A program made the translations under genes and the position numbers. From contig JAUCBJ010008388.1 of the NCBI GenBank assembly GCA_032718475.1, positions 1-45,183 on the forward strand: a stretch of DNA of 45,183 bases, read 5' to 3'. Positions 35,101 through 45,183 of the stretch are shown piece by piece. Source of the stretch: Nemertoderma westbladi (taxonomy: Eukaryota; Animalia; Xenacoelomorpha). Every line of letters begins with the position of its first letter. Position 1 is the first letter of the stretch. The notes under the pieces are model-generated. The model searched no databases. It saw only the letters and a list, made by a program, of their open reading frames with translations, and was not told the origin of the DNA.

Positions 35101-36868
35101 CTTTTGCAGCTGTGCTGTTAATTATTCGAGCTTCCTTCTTTAGCCATGATGCCAGCTCCTCTAATTTCGGATAGGAACCGCTTTCCTCCATTACATCGAC
35201 TTTCCTCAGCCATTTGTCATATATTTTGTAAGGTAATTTACTAGCAATCTCAGTAATATTGCGTTGGCTGTTCAATTCGTGTGGTCTCTGTAATGCAGCA
35301 AGGGTCTTTGCCGTTCTGTTCACTTTATCAGAATATGCCTGAATTTCTACTGGTGTTTCCACACTTTTTCCCGCCAACAAATTTCTTATGGAATCGTTAA
35401 TAATTCTGACTGGGTTTCCAAAACGTTCCTCTAGCTCTTGCCATGCTTCCATATATCCTTCTTCACCTTGCCCTTCTAAATGCTTTATCAGTTCCAATGG
35501 TGAGCCATCCAAAAATTGTAGTAAATGTACTAACTTTTCCTGTGGTGCCAAAATCGTATTATGGACCTGCTGAAAGAACCTTTGTTTAAAGTTTAACCAT
35601 TCTAATGGCTCGCCCCGATACTTTATCGGTATTGGTCTGGGCAAATTCTGTCTTTGTTCATGGCGAATCCAGTAATGAATGTCTGAAGGGTTGCCTACAG
35701 GTAGTGCAGGGTCCGCGTTTGTCTCATAGCTTTGAAACGGTGATAAGTTATTATTCGTTACCTTATTATTGCCATGATTTCCAGGGGCAAATTTTATTCT
35801 ACTGTATGTATCTTCTGCTTCAATGTATGCACTCAACTTACGTATGCACCCTCGGCATAAAGTGGCTGCATCACACGCCCTCTTGGATTCCCCCATTATA
35901 TCATGACATGTGTCATATTTACCGTCAAATATATTTTTCACGAAATTACTTATTTCCTGTTGCAACTCAATCAATTTATTTAGTTGTAAATGTGCTAGAT
36001 CACGCCCAGCTGTCCTATCTATAATTTCAATTGCCCGTTTGCAATTTGATTCCACCTGTAATATGGTTTGGCTCATATTTTCTATCTCCTCTACGACATG
36101 TACTAGATATACATTATTCCTATTATGTTGTGCACTATTGTGTTGGTCGCTATTTCCTGGCCTGATGCTCCGTGCAAGAGGGGTGTGGGTGCCCCCTGGA
36201 GGGATCAGTCCCTCAGTTGACCAGCTAGCCGATACCGGTACCTGATGGCCAGGTTGCATTTGATCATACCCAGTGTAGCTTCCTCTATCCTGTTCTGATT
36301 GCCGTTTAGGCCTAAACCTTACCTGTTGTGTTTGCTCATCCTGTCTGCTAAACTCCCTTCCGGTGACTGGTAACTCCCCGTTTCCAGTTGCTGTTCGTAC
36401 ACCATCCCTAAAACGTGTTCGCTGTGGATCCGCCGAGCTGATTAAACCAGCTACCGGTAAGCCTAGCTCATAGTCCCCGTGATGGAGGTTGTCTGGATTT
36501 CCCGCCAAGACTGGTCCGGGTTTCTGCCCATGTTGGCGTTCTGAAACTGGGAACGGTTGTTGTACACGAATATTGCGTCGTCCAGGCAGGTTCCCACCTT
36601 GGGGGACGTCATCTGTTGGACTCGATCTCGCCGCCGGCGCTCCTAGGCCTAGAGATGTCATCAACGAATGTAACTGATGTTCGTCGTCGATTAATGTTCG
36701 GGGGTTGTGGTTATACGGAACTTGTGGCACCTGAGTGACAGTTGATGATCTTTCAGGTGCGATGTGCGAATACGCTGGATTCCATAAACTACCGGCAGGC
36801 ATTGCTGAAACTGCAGGCCAAGTGGATTCGTTATACCCGGAACAGGAACCGGCTTTGGATTCATCCAT
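32165..36868 (-). CDS. BEL/Pao Gag-PR-RT-RNase H polyprotein (1567 aa), no integrase
   Basis: DUF1759-like Gag (Y.G.PLEW..F..RF), three Cys/His knuckles, LDPCS, T.FGW.L.G, KIRVV.NAA, SLN..L..GP, DIKEMF.QI, LRFLW, FG..CSP, FYVDD, LG..W, LH.YSDAS, PRLEL.AA and TDS. The ORF stops ~40 aa after RVFEIQ. Confidence 0.93.
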   Translation of the reverse strand: MDESKAGSCSGYNESTWPAVSAMPAGSLWNPAYSHIAPERSSTVTQVPQVPYNHNPRTLIDDEHQLHSLMTSLGLGAPAARSSPTDDVPQGGNLPGRRNIRVQQPFPVSERQHGQKPGPVLAGNPDNLHHGDYELGLPVAGLISSADPQRTRFRDGVRTATGNGELPVTGREFSRQDEQTQQVRFRPKRQSEQDRGSYTGYDQMQPGHQVPVSASWSTEGLIPPGGTHTPLARSIRPGNSDQHNSAQHNRNNVYLVHVVEEIENMSQTILQVESNCKRAIEIIDRTAGRDLAHLQLNKLIELQQEISNFVKNIFDGKYDTCHDIMGESKRACDAATLCRGCIRKLSAYIEAEDTYSRIKFAPGNHGNNKVTNNNLSPFQSYETNADPALPVGNPSDIHYWIRHEQRQNLPRPIPIKYRGEPLEWLNFKQRFFQQVHNTILAPQEKLVHLLQFLDGSPLELIKHLEGQGEEGYMEAWQELEERFGNPVRIINDSIRNLLAGKSVETPVEIQAYSDKVNRTAKTLAALQRPHELNSQRNITEIASKLPYKIYDKWLRKVDVMEESGSYPKLEELASWLKKEARIINSTAAKEYRERHHSDSYKRNKDNDRQFLVKSGKVSSYSTQITQLKDGQSIKYPNKIPKALNQVKRIRYTCILCRSTDHSLLKCPKYKEMEPHERKEHVERDGRCYRCLSRGHCVESCTGKWGCLVCGSTMHHTFLHGANGAKLNKDEVITEKAAEVNFVGAEAVNAEDDILSEQEDERDAMISNLCPAYATIIEKHLRERVMFQIVPISVNLPMGRGWTTTLAVLDPCSGGTFMDRETGKLLGIKGSLRPLTMRTLNKSEKTADYVECATVTISSTEKNSSFSSNISEVFLIKDMNITYNKEQREAWQRSEALRHIPFGNQAVEIPKVTMLIGQDNPQCLQQLDSEYPGGLKAYPHAIRTIFGWTLEGPDCSNREGFNDPNSPGISTYFIDPMDLIDKVKNNDDWVRIMWERYFQLETHGTTSRKEGISLNDRKAIQILEQTTRKLENENRYEVGMLWVNDQLPLVNNKALAVKRLRQLKKRLLKNPEYHKLFQAKITDYLDKGYAKKLTKEEQIHGDRTNYIPTHYVEEPRKPGKIRVVNNAAACFKGTSLNEQLLDGPNTYNMLTGVIHNVRKDKVAFACDIKEMFHQIRTTKRDSDSLRFLWYEGKIDPGEDSYDVMVMLVHIFGATCSPCVATHTVRRTARDNAEKFPIEALKMVEKGFYVDDGMNSCKDVQTATKLATDLIRCLALGGFMVTKFVSNSKEFLKALPASKRNNTNLNLDLDDLPVTRALGVYWNAEEEYLQFKIEPKKEASSKRECISILNSLFNPIGLVSPINLSGKIIVRKMWEEGVSWDELLPDNIQKQWTKWVKELAELSEFKIPRCYFIVREEADMLELHVYSDASSIGYGAVIFLRKVSMDGKVEVALVTAKSRAAPIVPVTIPRLELIAALLGVRMSTQLVEELDLPIDDVHFHTDSITVLQYLNNPVKRFKTFIAKRVFEIQQHTDMLGGIIGKQPKWIGSRWAATDGKFFFSDLFKVGGEN

Positions 36869-37872
36869 TACGAATTACTTATTCGATGTTATATGATTGA
36901 CTCTTAGTTTATTTTATTTATTTATATTATTATGTCACGTTTATTTGTGTAATCTATATTTACCCGAGCGATATATCTAAGGTAATATACTTTGTTTGGT
37001 TGCTCTCAATGTTTTACTAATTCACAGGTGCTGTGGTTCTTAAACAAACCCCAGTGCCTGTAAACAAGTTATTGATTGTGTTCTTCTTTACTAATAATTA
37101 TGCGCTTGTTGCTATGTTACTACCTAAGTAATCTTTCTCATACGCTGGTGTAAACAGTATAAACTCAGTTTATGAAACTCCGTGTTTTAGTACAGTAGGG
37201 TTGTGTTGCGATCCTATTTGGAGATCGCTAGTGATGATGTCCGTTGCAATCACATGCGCCGGGATAATAACAATCCCCGGTTCATGTAATGGCTATTAAA
37301 TCAAGTTATACAGTCAACATAAATTAATAATATAATCAATCAGCTTTCAATCACATGCGCTGGGATAACAAATCGCCAGTTCATGTAATCTTTTAAGATG
37401 AAGTTATAAAGAAAACATAAATTAATACTATACCGGTAATAGTAATAATCAGCTATTCAATCACATACGCTGGGATATAACAATAACCAGTTCATGTAAT
37501 CCTGTAATCTTAGCCTAATATAAATTTTAAAGAAAACAGAACTGAATAATATAATCAACCTTTTAATCACAAGCGCTGGTATAATAACAATAACCAGTTC
37601 ATGTAATCTTAGCCTAATATAAATTTTAAAGAAAACAGAACTGAATAATATAATCAACCTTTTAATCACAAGCGCTGGTATAATATCAATAACCAGTTCA
37701 TGTAATTAAACAAATTATGAACGAAACATAAATAATATACCGGTAAAAATAATAATAAGTTACGTATGATTAATAAAGCTTTATAATTCAATCAAGAAGA
37801 ATAAATAAATTAATAAAATAGAAAATTCAATTTATTAATCGAAAAAGTTTAAAATGGCCACAAATTCATTTA

Positions 37873-39597
37873 GGGTAAACTGGGGTAATTTGGGACATGG
37901 GGGAATTTGGGACAGGCTGGGGTAATTTGGGACAAGTCTTTTCTTAACTGTAAGTGCAGTGGGGTTTGGTGGGTTGTTTAAATTATAGGCGTACACTTAG
38001 CTTCATACTTTCTCTAGCTCTTTTAAATGCTGTAGACTAGCCGTCACAGGTAAGTCGCAAGTGTAAGGTGTTCGCTTTCAGATATTTCGCCCTCTAGCAG
38101 CAGACTGGAGAACTGCAGCAGCAGCAGATTAATCACCTTCATCAAAAAGACACAGCATGTAGTCGTGGTCAGGTACTTATATTCCAAGACTCAGCTTAAA
38201 CAGATTAAGATGAAGAAAATGAAGACATGGGTAAGCGGAAGATCACTTTCATACATTTTGCCCTCTAGGAGCAGACTGGAGAACAGAACTGCAGACCAAT
38301 TACCGACCCCACCAAGACCTGAAGACTGCAAGACACACTGACACAGGATGTATTCTAAAGAGAGATCATACTGATAGATATGACTGTCAGACTGTATGAC
38401 TACAGACAGACAGACAACATATTTGACAAGTTTCAGGTAGGACAGATCATAAATAATGGAATGAGTCAAGGATGTCACTTTCAGACATTTTTGCCCTCTA
38501 GCGGCAGACTGGAGAACAGATGACCGATAACCTTCTTCCCAAAGATTCAACATGTGGTATAGTAGCAGGGCCTATAGTACATACTATGCCAACATTCAGC
38601 TAAAGGTAATCGAATTAGAATCACGGAATTGGGAGAAGGTTTTCACTTTCAGACATTTCGCCCTCTAGGAGCAGACTGGAGAACTGCAGATGAATCACCT
38701 TCCTCAAAAAGACACATCATGTAGTCGTGATCTGGTACTATATTCCAAGACTCAACTTAAACAGATTAAGATCAAGTAAATGGCAGAATGGGTACAGGGG
38801 AAGTGGAAGGTTATCACTTTCATACATTTTGCCCTCTAGTGGTAGACTGAAGAAATGCAGACCACTTACCGACCCCTCCAAGACACAGCAGCAGCAGCAC
38901 ATTGATGCATGATGTATTCTGGCTGAGCACATACTGCGATACTGGCATAAAGACAGACAGACATACAACATATTTTTGACAAGTTTCAGCTTGAACGGAT
39001 CATAAATAACGGAATGAGCCAAGGATTTCACTTTCAGATATTCGGCCCTCTAGCGGCAGACTAAAGAACTGCATGCAGATTAGCCCCCTTTGAATGACAC
39101 ATGACAGCTATGAGCTAATGGTCGGTCTAATACAAGTACGACAAGTTTCAGAATTGTCTTTTGGTCGGATTAAATGCAGAGAGATGGCAGATGGGAGGAC
39201 ATTTATTAATGTTTGACATGTAGCACTCTAGCGGGAGACTGTTGTACTGATGGTGTCGAACAGTCTCCAAAATCCCAACTTTTAGTCTTATTGATGCATT
39301 TTACAATTTCTCAACAAAGTTTGTGTCAATTACAATGGGCTACTACTGTTTGATTTATGTTATGTCCCAAATTCCCCCAACTGTCCCAAATTACCCCATG
39401 CTGGGGTAATTTGGGACACTGATGAATATTAATTAAAAAAAGGTAATTAATTATTTGAAAATAAAAATTAAGTAATTAGTTTGATAGAATGGGTACATGG
39501 TGCATACTTGATAAGGTCGGATTATCAAAAAAATGTTTTTAAGATTCTGAAAAAAGCTTTAAAGGACGATTTTGTCCCAAATTACCCCAGTTTACCC
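37873..39597. mobile_element. Non-autonomous Tc1/mariner-pogo-type MITE inserted in the BEL leader
   Basis: TIR GGGTAAACTGGGGTAATTTGGGACA with subterminal repeats. TA duplication confirmed by the empty site CATTTACTTAATG at ~28665 in copy A. Confidence 0.93.
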
Positions 39598-40579
39598 TAC
39601 TTAATGTTGGCCCGGTTTACAACATTGTGATTCGCGCTGGCCGGGAGCAATCAAATGACGCGCTACTGGCTACGAACTGGATTGAGAGGTCCATTAAAGG
39701 GAAAAGCATCAGGGGCCCGAACGGGCTAATATACGGAAAACACTAACCGTGATCAATTGAAGGGCTATTCCACTTATAATGTATCTTAAAGTCAAGCAAT
39801 ATAAACACCCAAATAATAATGAATGTATACTATAGATAAACCTATTAGGTTCCCAACAAATCTAGGTAGCCGCTAGCAGCGGTAAATGAATTTGCTGAGC
39901 CCAAAGCTACGAATGAATAATTAACTTGGAACTCAGGCTTTTATAGTCTTTAGATCTGGGCCCCAAAATATATCATAACAATACAAACCAATAGCAGAGC
40001 ATCATTGAATGTAAATGAACTGTCATTGGTCCAAGTATTTGTGGGTCCAGCCAATGGAGCTTCATAGCCTCTTATAGCAAAGGCACATATTCTGGGTCGA
40101 GCCATGTAAATAGGTAAGCTTCACCCATTAGGGTAAATTAACGCCTACAGCAGGATAGGGCCCATAAGTCGGGTAATAGGCCTATCCTGTTATCCAATCA
40201 ACGTCTGGGAAGTAGAAATCGCCAACCATAATAACACTGCGATTGCAGTCTAGTAAAATTGATAATTCCGATAACAACATTTTTGTCTCATCAGTTGTTG
40301 TACTAGGAGGTCTATAGATAACAATTATTCGGTAATTTTTTTACATTCGATTCGTAAAAACTATGTTACATTCGATCCTGATTACGTTCGGTCTGTCACC
40401 CAACCCAAGTCTGAATTTAGCTGAAAGTCGGGATTTTGCATGTTATTGCAAATGGTTTGAGCTTTGAGGTTTATAATTACAGTAGGCCTATTATATTTTG
40501 TGCATATAGGCCTACTATAATCTGGACAATTATATACACTATAAAGTAGGCTACCGGTAGTGTCACATCACATCGGCAT

Positions 40580-42100
40580 TAGGGTTTTTAAAAAACATCA
40601 TTTAAAAAATCTGTGATGTTTTAATTGTTTTTTTTTGTTTTTTAAAATGTTTTTTTTTGTTTTAAATGTTTTTTTTGTTTTTTTTTTCTAAACAAGGTAC
40701 CGGTATTTTTCCGATAAAAAATATATTTTGAGTTGCTGTAGAGGCTAGGCCTAGTACTTTTCTATCTTTAAAGTTAACATAGGTACATACAGGCCTACTA
40801 CTGTACTATGTGACAAAGCCAGACCACATAACTTCTTCAAATACAGTCCGACAGTGCAAACAGCCTACCTACTGACCTATCAGCCTATAATACTGTCTGA
40901 CTGTTAAAAGATATAATAGCCTACTCAGCTACTGTAACAACTGTAATACCAGAATAATGCTTAGGCCTACTGTATATGGCATTTGAATGTAGTATTGTCT
41001 ACTTGTACTGCGTGTAGGTTAGGTAGTCCTGCCCTGTACAGCTGTACAGGTTGTGGTAACGGTACTGGTACCTAAAATAGACAGGCCTAGCATAGAACTC
41101 AATATGAACAGATGAAGCAGAGTGAACAGTGAGGTCGGAAGAGCTCGATAGTACATCGATTTTTCGATTCGACGATATCAGACCGGAAGAACGTATGTAT
41201 CTTCTGCGGATGGAAGACTACATCTGGTACATCACGCCAGATAGACATATCCTCTTCCGCTGTACAAAAGCGTCGCATTCTGCCAAATCCAACCTAAGAA
41301 GGGAGCGAAACATTGCATCCGAGCCACGTGTCGATGTCGAACCGGTGTTAACTGGTTTACCGGACACCCCGACCCCACTCCAATGCAAAATACCATCAAC
41401 TTCAGCACTGCAGCCAGGCACCGGTAATGCTACTGGAACAAAGAGGAAGAATATGGAGGGTGAAGACGTAGCGTACATGGACACACCGCCAATCTTGTCG
41501 CCGCCGTCCACCTCCGCCGCCGCCGCTGCGTCCATTGACAACTTCATTACACGGATCGATGCTGTTGGTCAGGAAGAACTCCAGCGCAAGCTCTGCCGCA
41601 CCATATATTGCACTGGGGCTCCATTCCAACTTGTTAGCAACCCGTACTGGAAGTCCTTTTTCACCTCCCTGAACCCAGCCTTTAAGACCCCATCGCATTA
41701 CCATGTGGCCAACAAGTTTCTCGAGAAGGAGGTGGAGATCGACTTAGCCATCAAGGGCTAGCTTACTGCTAGCAAGGAGCGACTGCTCACCCTGATAACT
41801 GATGGCTGGACAAAATTCGTGGCGAAAGTATTATAAACTATAATGCGTTTAAACCAAGTCCGATGTTCATCGAATCCACAATGGTTAGTGAACACAACAC
41901 CAGCGATTTCATCGCAAATGAAATCCTCAACATGGTTCACTCAGTTGGTGCTCATCGGGTCTCCTCTATTGTGACGGACAATGCTGCCAACATGAAGTCA
42001 GCATGGAAGATGATCAAAGTGGCAGAACCAGAGATTGTGACAATCGGTTGCGTATCTCATGGTCTTAACCTCCTCAAGGATTTCCTATCCATGGAATGCA
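40580..42100 (+). pseudogene. hAT DNA transposon left end and disrupted transposase
   Basis: TAGGGTTTTT end with TGTTTTT subterminal repeats. Peptides PFQLVSNPYWKSFF..LNPAFK.PS, LTLITDGWT (in frame after a TAG at 41759), IVTDNAANM and GCVSHGLNLL. Stop plus frameshift, and the 3' half is replaced by satellite. Confidence 0.85.
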
Positions 42101-45100
42101 GGGGATATGGTGAACGGCCTCGACAACCCTCGCACTTTGTCTGAGTGCCGGGAATATGGTGAACGGCCTTCACAACCCTCGCACGTTGTCTGAGTGCAGG
42201 GGATATGGTGAACGGCCTTCACAACCCTCGCACGTTGTCTGAGTGCAGGGGATATGGTGAACGGCCTCAACAGCCCTCGCACTTTGTCTGAGTGCCGGGA
42301 ATATGGTGAACGGCCTCAACAACCCTCGCACTTTGTCTGAGTGCTGGGAATATGGTGAACGGCCTCAACAACCCTCGCACTTTGTCTGAGTGCCGGGAAT
42401 ATGGTGAACGGCCTCCACAACCCTCGCACTTTTTCTGAGTGCTGGGAATATGGTGAACGGCCTCAACAACCCTCGCACTTTGTCTGAGTGCCGGGAATAA
42501 GGTGAACGGCCTCAACAATCCTCGCACTTTGTCTGATTTCTGGGAATATGGTGAACGGCCTCAACAACCCTCGCACTTTTTCTGAGTGCCGGGAATATGG
42601 TGAACGGCCTCAACAACCCTCGCACTTTGTCTGAGTGCCGGGAATTTGGTGAACGGTCTCAACAACCCTCGCACTTCGTCTGAGTGCCGGGAATATGGTG
42701 AACGGCCTCAACAACCCTCGCACTTTGTCTGATTTCTGGGAATATGGTGAACGGCCTCAACAACCCTCGCACTTTTTCTGAGTGCCGGGAATATGGTGAA
42801 CGGCCTCAACAACCCTCGCACTTTGTCTGAGTGCCGGGAATATGGTGAACGGCCTCAACAACCCTCGCACTTTGTCTGAGTGCCGGGAATATGGTGAACG
42901 GCCCCCACAACCCTCAAACTTTGTCTGAGTGCCGGGAATATGGTGAACCGCCTCAACAACCCTCGCACTTTGTCTGAGTACCGGGAATATGGTGAACGGC
43001 CTCCCTCAACCCTCGTACTTTGTCTGAGTACTGGGAATATGGTGAACCGCCTCCACAACCCTCAACCTTTGTCTGAGTACTGGGAATATGGTGAACGGCC
43101 TCCACAACCCTCACACTTTGCCTGAGTGCTGGGAATATGGTGAACGGCCTCAACAACCCTCGCACTTTTTCTGAGTGCCGGGAATATGGTGAACGGCCTT
43201 CACAACCCTCAAACTTTGTCTGAGTACTGGGAATATGGTGAACGGCCTTCTCAACCCTCGCACTTTGTCTGAGTGCCGGGAATATGGTGAACGGCCTCAA
43301 CAACCCTCGCACTTTTTCTGAGTGCCGGGAATATGGTGAACGGCCTTCACAACCCTCAAACTTTGTCTGAGTACTGGGAATATGGTGAAAGGCCTCCCTC
43401 AACCCTCGCACTTTGTCAGAGTGCTGGGAATATGGTGAACGGCCTCCACAACCCTCGCACTTTGTCTTAGTGCCGGGAATATGGTGAGCCGCCTCCACAA
43501 CCCTCAAACTTTGTCTGAGTACTGGGAATATGGTGAACGGCCTTCTCAACCCTCGCACTTTGTCTGAGTGCCGGGAATATGGTGAACGGCCTCAACAACC
43601 CTCGCACTTTGTCAGAGTGCTGGGAATATCGTGAACGGCCTCCACAACCCTCGCACTTTTTCTGAGTGCCGGGAATATGGTGAACGGCCTCCACAACCCT
43701 CGCACTTTGTCTGAGTGCTGGGAAAATGGTGAACGGCCTCAACAACCCTCGCACTTTGTCTGAGTGCCGGGAATATGGTGAACGGCCCCCACAACCCTCA
43801 AACTTTGTCTGAGTGCTGGGAATATGGTGAACGGCCTCAACAATCCTGCACTTTGTCTGATTTCTGGGAAAATGGTGAACGGCCTCAACAACCCTCGCAC
43901 TTTGTCTGAGTGCCGGGAATATGGTGAACGGCCTCAACAACCCTCGCACTTTGTCTGAGTGCCGGGAATATGGTGAACAACCTCCACAACCCTCGCACTT
44001 TTTCTTAGTGCTGGGAATATGCTGAACGGCCTCCACAACCCTCGCACTTTGTCTGAGTGCTGGGAAAATGGTGAACGGCCTCAACAACCCTCGCACTTTG
44101 TCTGAGTGCCGGGAATATGGTGAACGGCCTCAACAACCCTCGCACTTTGCCTGAGTGCCGGGAATATGGTGAACGGCCTCCACAACCCTCGCACTTTTTC
44201 TGAGTGCTGGGAATATGGTGAACGGCCTCAACAACCCTCGCACTTTGTCTGAGTGCCGGGAATATGGTGAACGGCCTCAACAACCCTCGCACTTTGTCTG
44301 AGTGCTGGGAATATGGTGAACGGCCTCAACAACCCTCGCACTTTTTCTGAGTGCCGGGAATATGGTGAACGGCCTCAACAACCCTCGCACTTTGTCTGAG
44401 TGCCGGGAATTTGGTGAACGGTCTCAACAACCCTCGCACTTTGTCTGAGTGCCGGGAATATGGTGAACGGCCTCAACAACCCTCGCACTTTGTCTGATTT
44501 CTGGGAATATGGTGAACGGCCTCAACAACCCTCGCACTTTTTCTGAGTGCTGGGAATATGGTGAACGGCCTCAACAACCCTCGCACTTTGTCTGAGTGCT
44601 GGGAATATGGTGAACGGCCTCAACAACCCTCGCACTTTTTCTGAGTGCCGGGAATATGGTGAACAGCCTCAACAACCCTCGCACTTTGTCTGAGTGCCGG
44701 GAATTTGGTGAACGGTCTCAACAACCCTCGCACTTTGTCTGAGTGCCGGGAATATGGTGAACGGCCTCAACAACCCTCGCACTTTGTCTGATTTCTGGGA
44801 ATATGGTGAACGGCCTCAACAACCCTCGCACTTTTTCTGAGTGCCGGGAATATGGTGAACGGCCTTCACAACCCTCACACGTTGTGTGAATGCAGGGGAT
44901 ATGGTGAACGGCCTCGACAACCCTCGCACTTTGTCTGAGTGCCGGGAATATGGTGAACGGCCTTCACAACCCTCACACGTTGTGTGAATGCAGGGGATAT
45001 GGTGAACGGCCTCGACAACCCTCGCACTTTGTCTGAGTGCCGGGAATATGGTGAACGGCCTTCACAACCCTCGCACGTTGTCTGAGTGCAGGGGATATGG

Positions 45101-45183
45101 TGAACGGCCTTCACAACCCTCGCACGTTGTCTGAGTGCAGGGGATATGGTGAACGGCCTCAACAGCCCTCGCACTTTGTCTGA
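42094..45183. repeat. 49-bp satellite, ~63 copies, running off the window end
   Basis: Unit GGGAATATGGTGAACGGCCTCAACAACCCTCGCACTTTGTCTGAGTGCC in direct tandem. Confidence 0.98.

Larger units (their letters stand above)
31242..40149 (-). mobile_element. BEL/Pao copy C (longest), without integrase
   Basis: LTR begins TGTAGGCG at 40149, where similarity to the other copies ends sharply. Then leader, single ORF, ~920-bp 3' UTR and a PPT-like GATGGGCGGTTAA before the next LTR. Confidence 0.9.

Noticed and set aside
40255-40330. Hammerhead ribozyme around CTGATGA on the - strand
   Set aside because: No stem II followed by GAAA in the required arrangement.
42085-45174. Repetitive ORFs (MRGLLRPFTIF...) as proteins
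   Set aside because: They are read-through of a 49-bp unit that is not a multiple of 3, cycling through frames with frequent stops.

Overview
AT-rich, repeat-dense eukaryotic (most likely animal) window. It holds only two host protein genes, both on the - strand and both a single uninterrupted ORF: a NEK11-like kinase with degenerate catalytic motifs (probable pseudokinase, 10319-12274) and a golgin GM130/GOLGA2 homologue (17044-19608). The rest is mobile or repetitive DNA. From left to right: a non-coding LTR-like tandem structure (1-3312), a 68-bp satellite, a TA-flanked MITE, a decayed RTE-like LINE with a highly structured leader and an inserted tRNA/Nin-type SINE, a 23-bp satellite, a CR1/L2-group LINE with nested Mutator-like and hAT-like MITEs, a head-to-tail array of three BEL/Pao LTR-retrotransposon copies that lack integrase, and a hAT transposase pseudogene running into a 49-bp satellite. 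The most unusual features are the integrase-less BEL/Pao array with an intact Gag-PR-RT ORF and repeated RNA-structure motifs in both UTRs, a MITE carrying seven co-oriented CTCF-like sites at nucleosome-scale spacing, and the intronless NEK11-like pseudokinase. All homology calls come from motif recognition by eye, not database searches, and boundaries may be off by a few bases.
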